A stretch of DNA of 41,481 nt, from the IMG/VR virus record IMGVR_UViG_3300044983_000039, positions 1 through 41,481 of that record; one strand, 5' to 3'. The stretch's first letter is position 1, and the number at the start of each line of letters is the position of its first letter. The notes beneath the pieces are model-generated. The model saw only the letters and a list, made by a program, of their open reading frames with translations. It searched no databases and was not told the origin of the DNA. Position numbers and translations under genes: made by a program. The stretch is from a virus. Taxonomy: Duplodnaviria > Caudoviricetes. Of this stretch, positions 36,016 through 41,481 are shown in pieces.

Positions 36016-36519
36016 CTATTTGATTGTTACCTTCAAGCCCATTTGAGTTTTCTTCATTGGTGGAATGATAGTTACCAGTTCATCACCAACCCTAACGTCT
36101 TGGGGATTACCCATAGTCTTGAGCCATTCCTGACGTTGCTTGATTTGTTCATTCAATTTTGCCGATTCCAATTGAAGTTCATTCCAAATAGGATCACCAC
36201 AAACAGCATAAACATAATCTGTTTTCACTGAAGTATATTGCATTTCACAACCGTGAGCCATGAAAGGTTTATCCCCATACTTTTGTGCTTCGTTCTTTTG
36301 GTTATCTTTAAGATTATCATTTACATATTTTGCGATGGCTTCCATCGAACGAGTAAGCGCGGCAATCCTAAGAGGATCTGCATTACCTTCTTTTACTTGA
36401 TCGATAATGCTATCGCCAAATAATTTGATGCTGTCCTTTGAAGTGCTAAATAATTCCAGCACAGACATAGGGGTATCTGGTTTTTCTATTTCGTTCATGA
36501 TTTCTTGGATTGAAGCCAA
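36016..36519 (-). CDS. Conserved phage hypothetical protein (recombination region)
   Basis: 167 aa, Y.Y..CGDP.W..L coiled-coil pattern; start may be 36498. Confidence 0.7.
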   Translation of the reverse strand: MASIQEIMNEIEKPDTPMSVLELFSTSKDSIKLFGDSIIDQVKEGNADPLRIAALTRSMEAIAKYVNDNLKDNQKNEAQKYGDKPFMAHGCEMQYTSVKTDYVYAVCGDPIWNELQLESAKLNEQIKQRQEWLKTMGNPQDVRVGDELVTIIPPMKKTQMGLKVTIK

Positions 36520-36872
36520 ACATAAAATACTTCTGCAACTGTAACTACATCAGAAGCCTTAAATTCTTTCCCATGATTGATATGAGCCACAGCAATGTCT
36601 TTGGCATAGCTCAAAGCGAATGATTCATTGCCTCCACGATTGCCACCCTTAAAGCCACCGGTTGACCCTGGTTTGTTCCATTTGATCCTAGAAGCGTATT
36701 GAGGGTTAGCGTTAGGGGTTATCACTAACTCAGTCACAGGCGTACCTATCGGTATTTCAGATCCTACAGATTCACCACCTTGTCCATCAGATAATCCGAT
36801 TGCATAGATTGGAATTGTTTTGCCATCTTTGACCCAATCCCTGATTTTCTTACATTCTGTTACATTTTCCAT
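36495..36872 (-). CDS. Hypothetical protein, possibly ssDNA-binding
   Basis: Beta-rich N-terminus, Gly-rich linker, SFALSYAKD. Confidence 0.55.
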   Translation of the reverse strand: MENVTECKKIRDWVKDGKTIPIYAIGLSDGQGGESVGSEIPIGTPVTELVITPNANPQYASRIKWNKPGSTGGFKGGNRGGNESFALSYAKDIAVAHINHGKEFKASDVVTVAEVFYVWLQSKKS

Positions 36873-36914
36873 TTTATGGTGGTTTATTTAGTTTGTCTCC
36901 ATTTTTGTTATAGG

Positions 36915-37631
36915 TTAAGACTTCAATTTAGCTTCTTCTTCAGCACAACGTTTCATATCAGCCAATGCGTTTTCGTTTGTATCAAAGAATTTTGGAAGTG
37001 AAACTTTAATAGGAGAAGATTCTCTAAAGATTAACATTGCTGCAAATAAAGTATCGGTCTTTTCTTCAAATTCGTAACCTTGTTCTCCCGCTAAATGCAC
37101 AGCCCAGCCAGCACGGCAATGCGTTGTATCGCATGAATGCCAATCTTTCATATTTAAAGCATTTGGTTGAGATGCAGCTTCAAATATTTTTTGATGTATA
37201 TTCTCAATTACAGGAATTGATTTCTTAGTGAATATTTTTTTCGGATCACCGGATTCTATTTTTTCGCTGCAATCGCGGCAATAGCTGCAATCGCTGCAAG
37301 AGCTGCAATAGCGGCAATCGCTGCAATAGCTGCAAGAGCTGCAAGAGCTGCAATAGCGGCAATCGCTGCAATCGCTGCAAGAGCTGCAAGAGCTGCAAGA
37401 GCTGCAATAGCGGCAATCGCTGCAATCGCTGCAATAGCTGCAATCGCTGCAATAGCTGCAATCGCTGCAAGAGCGGCAATAGCGGCAATCGCTGCAATTC
37501 CAACAGCCTTCATTATTTCTTTCTTCGGCCCAATTCGGATTTGCATAAGCGAATTCTTGAGTAATGCCATTTATTTTTTTATCCTCTCTATTCAGAAATT
37601 CTGAATAGTATTTAAATATTTGTGTCTTCAT
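36915..37631 (-). CDS. Cys-rich (CxxC)n repeat protein with C-terminal WH.C.TTHCRAGW domain
   Basis: 27 Cys at 3-residue spacing, then LNMKDWHSCDTTHCRAGWAVHLAG. Confidence 0.85.
   Translation of the reverse strand: MKTQIFKYYSEFLNREDKKINGITQEFAYANPNWAEERNNEGCWNCSDCRYCRSCSDCSYCSDCSYCSDCSDCRYCSSCSSCSSCSDCSDCRYCSSCSSCSYCSDCRYCSSCSDCSYCRDCSEKIESGDPKKIFTKKSIPVIENIHQKIFEAASQPNALNMKDWHSCDTTHCRAGWAVHLAGEQGYEFEEKTDTLFAAMLIFRESSPIKVSLPKFFDTNENALADMKRCAEEEAKLKS
37263..37499. repeat. Tandem array of 26 9-bp units
   Basis: - strand TGC (A/C)GC (GAT/TAT/TCT); final unit ends GAA. Confidence 0.95.
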
Positions 37632-37636
37632 AGTTT

Positions 37637-37759
37637 TTATTTAGTTATAGTAAAGATTTTAGGATTAAGAACAGGATAAATAAATAGTTCAGCTTCTTCT
37701 ATTGAGTAAGCATAAACAGATGTTATTTGATTGTTGATAAGAAAGTTGTAGCGTTTCAT
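37637..37759 (-). CDS. Hypothetical protein (40 aa), not in ORF track
   Basis: MKRYNFLINNQITSVYAYSIEEAEL... Confidence 0.45.
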   Translation of the reverse strand: MKRYNFLINNQITSVYAYSIEEAELFIYPVLNPKIFTITK

Positions 37760-37776
37760 AATTTTATCTATCTAAG

Positions 37777-38061
37777 TTAAAGCGTTACCCAGTTGATCGT
37801 GTCAAATTTTATGTCCTCTTTCCTAAGTGAATCCATAATGTCTTCTTCCAATGAAGAGGCGAAATAAAGGTTAGGTTTTTGAATATCCAATTCAATTCCA
37901 TTGACAGTTTCTGACCAAGTGTAAGCTAAAAAGTATTCAAACTTATGCTCACCACCATGAGTGTCGATCCAAATTTGCGCCTTCAATATCCCTGATCCTC
38001 CTTTCGGATCATAGGCGAGATCGTAAATAGGATTGCGGGGGTCTAAATCAAATCTGTCCAT
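37777..38061 (-). CDS. Hypothetical protein
   Basis: 94-aa acidic ORF. Confidence 0.65.
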   Translation of the reverse strand: MDRFDLDPRNPIYDLAYDPKGGSGILKAQIWIDTHGGEHKFEYFLAYTWSETVNGIELDIQKPNLYFASSLEEDIMDSLRKEDIKFDTINWVTL

Positions 38062-38098
38062 AAGGTTATTTTTAGTGATTCAAGTTCGTATGGAGTTT

Positions 38099-38554
38099 TC
38101 ATAACTTGGCTCTTTTAATTGCGGCCTCGGCCTGTAAGACCATTGATGATTTGAAGTTATTTTGTCCATTAATTAAATTAGCGAATTTCACAAATCGTTC
38201 AAGAGCCTCTAAGAGTTCCTTATTGATTGATTTTAATTCTGAGATTTCAGCATTCAGAACATTTATAGAAATTTTACGCCCAGCCTTACATTCATGTAAT
38301 TCATTTTTAAGGCTTTCGTTTTCTTCGAGAAGTTCAGGAGCTCGGGCGATTAGTTCAGCATTTGCATCTTGCATTTCATTCCATTCTTTAGAAGGAAATT
38401 GAACCCAAACATCCGTGAATATAGTTACCGGAATATCGCCTCTTAATTTAAACTCAGCAAGATTTTGTTGATCACCATTACCAATAACTGCCATAATTTG
38501 TCTACCTGAACCATTATTAATTGACAGTTTCCAAGGGCCTTTTGTATGTTTCAT
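38099..38554 (-). CDS. Common phage early protein (HTxGPW ... ANA.LIA.APELLE family)
   Basis: MKHTKGPW, ANAELIARAPELLE, ELLEALE..AEAAIKRA. Confidence 0.8.
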   Translation of the reverse strand: MKHTKGPWKLSINNGSGRQIMAVIGNGDQQNLAEFKLRGDIPVTIFTDVWVQFPSKEWNEMQDANAELIARAPELLEENESLKNELHECKAGRKISINVLNAEISELKSINKELLEALERFVKFANLINGQNNFKSSMVLQAEAAIKRAKL

Positions 38555-38588
38555 AATTTTAGGGGTTAGTGGTATTTACTTTTTAGGG

Positions 38589-38861
38589 TTAAGGGTTTAA
38601 TTCAGGATGTGATTTAAAGAATGCAACTTCCGATTCAGAGTCAAGACGTTCCAAAGCAATCCCTATTTTGATTGCCTCATCATCAGTTTTGCATGTCACA
38701 TTTGCACCATTAAGTGAAAATTCATTATCCGATATGAATTGACACCAATTATCATTCTTATAAAAATCCCATCCCATAAATTCCCAATTGGATTTAAATC
38801 TATGTTCAACTGCCCACACCTCACCATGTGAATCAGTAAATGTTTTTTGATAGGTTTTCAT
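38589..38861 (-). CDS. Hypothetical protein, first gene of the leftward arm
   Basis: 90-aa ORF downstream of the leftward promoter. Confidence 0.65.
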   Translation of the reverse strand: MKTYQKTFTDSHGEVWAVEHRFKSNWEFMGWDFYKNDNWCQFISDNEFSLNGANVTCKTDDEAIKIGIALERLDSESEVAFFKSHPELNP

Positions 38862-38896
38862 TTGGCGTTTTGTTTTAGTTGTTGTGAATCGTTGAC

Positions 38897-38928
38897 CAAA
38901 ACTATACTATCTAAACGATATCACCAAA
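38897..38928 (-). promoter_or_regulatory. Leftward early promoter (Bacteroidota consensus)
   Basis: TTTG-N20-TAGTTTTG. Confidence 0.8.
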
Positions 38929-38971
38929 CAAAGCATGAAAATAATTTCAAAATATTTTTAGCTCCATCTCA

Positions 38972-39001
38972 TTGCAATGTGATACTATTATACTATGTTT
39001 A
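38972..39001 (+). promoter_or_regulatory. Rightward promoter, near consensus
   Basis: TTG-N19-TATGTTTA upstream of the Arc-like gene. Confidence 0.55.
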
Positions 39002-39019
39002 CAACATCAATTAAGAAAT

Positions 39020-39175
39020 ATGGGCAAAAAGACTGAAAACGACGAAAAAACAAGGCTTTTGAGGCTTCCAAATAGGGTAGATAAAGCCATACAGCTTCGC
39101 GCAAAGAAAAATCAACGCTCAATTAATGGGCAAATAGTTTTTGAATTGGATCACCGCACATCTACATTAGATTGA
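39020..39175 (+). CDS. Arc-family ribbon-helix-helix repressor
   Basis: LLRLPNRVDKAIQLRAKKNQRSINGQIV; start reassigned to the ATG at 39020. Confidence 0.85.
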   Translation: MGKKTENDEKTRLLRLPNRVDKAIQLRAKKNQRSINGQIVFELDHRTSTLD

Positions 39176-39178
39176 TTT

Positions 39179-39436
39179 ATGGAAGAAGATCAAATAAAAC
39201 GAGCGGCTTCATTACTTAAAGATCTTGAATTAAAAAGAAATGATTTAAACGAACTTCAAAAAACCGATCAAATTATTCTAATTTCGCTTTATCAATATCA
39301 ATCTGGTAATCCATCAAATAGCTATGAAGTTAAATATCGTGATGATTTTGATTTTAAAGCTAATATAAAGGCTCAAGTTGAGGCAAAATTAATTCGTGAA
39401 ATACGTCTTATTGAGAATGATCTTAAACTTTTATGA
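39179..39436 (+). CDS. Hypothetical protein
   Basis: 85-aa ORF in operon. Confidence 0.65.
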   Translation: MEEDQIKRAASLLKDLELKRNDLNELQKTDQIILISLYQYQSGNPSNSYEVKYRDDFDFKANIKAQVEAKLIREIRLIENDLKLL

Positions 39437-39645
39437 AATATTTCAATCTTTGGACAGTAGAGAACCCTATGACTGTGTTAATGTCTCCAGCACCTAAGAG
39501 ACGATTTACTGGAATATGGGGATTCATCACAGATGGTAAGACGTTGAGATCTGAATTTGATTATTCCGAAACCTCTATTTATACTGTTTGGGATTACAAG
39601 ACAATGAATCTGAATACGATTAAAATAACCTTATCCTTAAACTAA
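39433..39645 (+). CDS. Hypothetical protein
   Basis: 70 aa, ATGA-coupled. Confidence 0.55.
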   Translation: MKYFNLWTVENPMTVLMSPAPKRRFTGIWGFITDGKTLRSEFDYSETSIYTVWDYKTMNLNTIKITLSLN

Positions 39646-39647
39646 AA

Positions 39648-39998
39648 ATGACTAAAGAAGAAGCTATAAATACTATAATTGCAAGTGGGTGCAAAACCAA
39701 TGAAATATCAGATGGTTATCACACGTTTGAGCAATTGTATGAGCATAGAATTGTGCTTTATATTGCATTGTGTAATATGATTGGAACTGGGAATATTTGG
39801 AAATCTAAAAAGCATTCTGATGGAACTGAATGGGATGGTTGGTTTTTATTAGGAATCGATACTAGGCAAGGAAGACAGATTACATATCATTTACCAATAT
39901 CAAAATGGGATCAATGCCAGTTTCAAGAACTATCTCAAGCTCCACCATTTGACGGCCATTCATCGGAAGATGTTTTAAACAGAATATCAAAACTTTAA
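39648..39998 (+). CDS. Conserved phage protein (SDGYHTF..LY.HR / DGH family)
   Basis: ISDGYHTFEQLYEHR, WKSKKHSDG, QITYHLP, APPFDGH. Confidence 0.8.
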   Translation: MTKEEAINTIIASGCKTNEISDGYHTFEQLYEHRIVLYIALCNMIGTGNIWKSKKHSDGTEWDGWFLLGIDTRQGRQITYHLPISKWDQCQFQELSQAPPFDGHSSEDVLNRISKL

Positions 39999-40036
39999 TT
40001 TATGGACTTACAAGAGAAGCTAAATACCTAAAGACT

Positions 40037-40297
40037 ATGAATACAGTTTCGCAATTAATTAAGGCGTTAAAAAAATATCCTGAAGATATGCCGGTTAGGA
40101 TTCAGGCGAGAGGTGATTGCAGAGATGGTGAATATTTTAAAATTTATGAGGTAAAAAAGGATCATTTGGATAATCAATCAACCGATGGTGATCCTGAGGA
40201 ATATTGGAATGATCCATCTGCTTTAGAGCCTGAAGATAGACTTAAAAAAGGAGACGTTCATTTTAAATATCAAGGCAAATTAATCTTAATAAGTTGA
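40037..40297 (+). CDS. Hypothetical protein
   Basis: TVSQLIKALKKYPEDMPV motif common in small phage proteins. Confidence 0.7.
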   Translation: MNTVSQLIKALKKYPEDMPVRIQARGDCRDGEYFKIYEVKKDHLDNQSTDGDPEEYWNDPSALEPEDRLKKGDVHFKYQGKLILIS

Positions 40298-40340
40298 TCT
40301 ATTTAAAGTTAATTGAAGGGGCTAAATCTCTTGAACAGAA

Positions 40341-40535
40341 ATGAACATAATTGAAGGAATTCAACAGGAAGTAGTTCGTTGCCGCGAATTACTAAAGGAA
40401 TATGAATCTATTCCACAAGGCGCATTCGGTGCAATTATGCTGAAGAAAACTATTGCCGAGGCTGAAAGTGCGGTCGCTCATGGTGATACGGTTGAAATGA
40501 TTAGGCAATACCAAGCGTTAAAAGAATGTCAATGA
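40341..40535 (+). CDS. Conserved phage hypothetical protein
   Basis: RCRELL..YE.IP.GAFGA...GDTVEMI. Confidence 0.7.
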   Translation: MNIIEGIQQEVVRCRELLKEYESIPQGAFGAIMLKKTIAEAESAVAHGDTVEMIRQYQALKECQ

Positions 40536-40918
40536 AAAAATCAGGTTTTCATAGTTCGTTGAGGTGTTTTTGGGGTGCGTATTTAGGGTGCGCACTCCTT
40601 TTTTCGTCATGTCATCAAGAAATCAAGCCTATTAATCCACTCATAGGAACCTGGAAATACAACTTTTGGACATTACATAATTGCTCGAATCCTGATTATT
40701 CCTCATCACACATTAAGCCTAAAGATCAAATAGTAATTACATCCAATATGTTTAACGGCTTTCATTATTCATCAACCGATAAAGAAATAAGCGTTACTTA
40801 TGCTGATAAGGTGCTTATTTACAATTATTCAATAACAAAAGTTAATGGTCAGACAATAATTTACATATCATGGCCTTTAGATACCGGATGTACGGTTAAC
40901 GGTAATTACTCCTTATGA
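40526..40918 (+). CDS. Lipoprotein with lipocalin-like domain
   Basis: Lipobox LFSSC, then NPLIGTWK. Confidence 0.65.
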   Translation: MSMKKSGFHSSLRCFWGAYLGCALLFSSCHQEIKPINPLIGTWKYNFWTLHNCSNPDYSSSHIKPKDQIVITSNMFNGFHYSSTDKEISVTYADKVLIYNYSITKVNGQTIIYISWPLDTGCTVNGNYSL

Positions 40919-41082
40919 GCAAGTTAAAAGGAACCATAAAGGTTAACAATTGCCTACCACATACTGAGCGAGGAAGCGGATCAGATAACGGTTTTGTATT
41001 CAGTGATGACATAGTGGATTGGCAATACAGTAAGAAGAAGAAATACTCATTCAAGAGTTATAGAAAGAATAAACCCAAATAA
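40915..41082 (+). CDS. Small basic protein (55 aa), not in ORF track
   Basis: MSKLKGTIKV...YRKNKPK; ATGA overlap. Confidence 0.45.
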   Translation: MSKLKGTIKVNNCLPHTERGSGSDNGFVFSDDIVDWQYSKKKKYSFKSYRKNKPK

Positions 41083-41084
41083 AC

Positions 41085-41237
41085 ATGGATCTACAGGAGA
41101 AGTTAAAAGCAATCAACAAAGAAGCAGAAACGCTGGCATTATCTATCAATCAGAATACTATCGTTCTGAGGGAGTTAAGGAAGACAGCCAAGCAATATGA
41201 GAAGCTAATTGAGAAGGCTAACGCATTGGAGAAATGA
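41085..41237 (+). CDS. Small coiled-coil protein (50 aa), not in ORF track
   Basis: MDLQEKLKAINKEAETL...ANALEK. Confidence 0.55.
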   Translation: MDLQEKLKAINKEAETLALSINQNTIVLRELRKTAKQYEKLIEKANALEK

Positions 41238-41395
41238 TAGCTTTAATAATCATCAGTATCGTTATCTATCTATTGGTATTCAATAAACCAAGACCTAAGC
41301 ACAATGGAGTTAAGCCTCCTATTGATTGGAAAGAAGTAGACAGGAAGATGAAGGACGCATGCAGTAAGATAACCATTGATATTAAAACCAAATAA
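41234..41395 (+). CDS. Small N-anchored membrane protein (53 aa), not in ORF track
   Basis: MIALIIISIVIYLLVFNKPRPK...; ATGA overlap. Confidence 0.5.
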   Translation: MIALIIISIVIYLLVFNKPRPKHNGVKPPIDWKEVDRKMKDACSKITIDIKTK

Positions 41396-41407
41396 TATTT
41401 TGTATGA

Positions 41408-41475
41408 AGGGAGGGGTAGGTCTGTTTTCTAGTATGTTCCACGTGAAACCGCAGTTTCGAGTATTTTTTTTCGCG
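41408..41475. other. Probable cos/packaging initiation region
   Basis: G-rich tract, ACCGC and T-tract in the non-coding gap just upstream of terS, as in HK97-like phages. Confidence 0.5.
41435..41450. promoter_or_regulatory. parS-like palindrome
   Basis: TGTTCCACGTGAAACC, 15/16 match to TGTTNCACGTGAAACA. Confidence 0.6.
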
Positions 41476-41481
41476 ATAATG
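41454..41481. repeat. Terminal direct repeat (copy 2)
   Basis: Identical to 1..28. Confidence 0.95.

Noticed and set aside
5093-36637. Other CCTCCAC/GTGGAGG 7-mers (e.g. 5093, 24072, 24958, 36631) as trans targets of the kissing-loop RNA
   Set aside because: A few hits of a 7-mer are expected by chance in 41 kb and none showed extended pairing by eye.
37263-37499. Repeat array as CRISPR or a DGR variable region
   Set aside because: No spacers, cas genes, reverse transcriptase or template/variable repeat pair.
37246-37570. Alternative-frame ORFs (LQR/LQL repeat and AAI/AAL repeat)
   Set aside because: By-products of a stop-free 9-bp repeat; only the Cys frame joins a sensible N-terminus and conserved-looking C-terminal domain.
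1-41481. Stop-codon reassignment
   Set aside because: Core genes are full length in the standard bacterial code, TAG/TGA/TAA all end genes, and there is no suppressor tRNA.

Overview
The window looks like a complete, circularly assembled genome of about 41.45 kb (bases 1-28 repeat at 41454-41481) from an HK97-like tailed phage with siphovirus-type tail genes. The host is probably Bacteroidota, judged from TTTG-N18-20-TAnnTTTG promoters, A-rich translation starts and an SprB-like repeat. Two arms diverge at about 38862-39019 and converge at 26629/26630. The + arm carries an Arc-like regulator, small genes, packaging, head, tail and lysis genes. The - arm carries early, recombination and replication genes, a DNA methylase/helicase pair and an initiator tRNA-Met. 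I found no integrase, CI-type repressor or ParA/ParB. The best candidate for a new system is a glycan build-and-tailor cassette embedded in the head operon: glycosyltransferase, SAM methyltransferase, LpxD-like acyltransferase, PIG-L deacetylase and AsnB amidotransferase between terL and portal. A paralogous glycosyltransferase overlaps the capsid gene and carries an inserted domain resembling small capsid-adjacent proteins, which suggests chemically elaborate virion glycosylation. Other oddities are a TerL lacking two expected nuclease aspartates, a parS-like palindrome at the probable cos region, a kissing-loop RNA/terminator behind the tRNA, a receiver domain in the lysis cassette and a 26-unit CxxC repeat. 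All product calls come from motifs read by eye; no database search was run.
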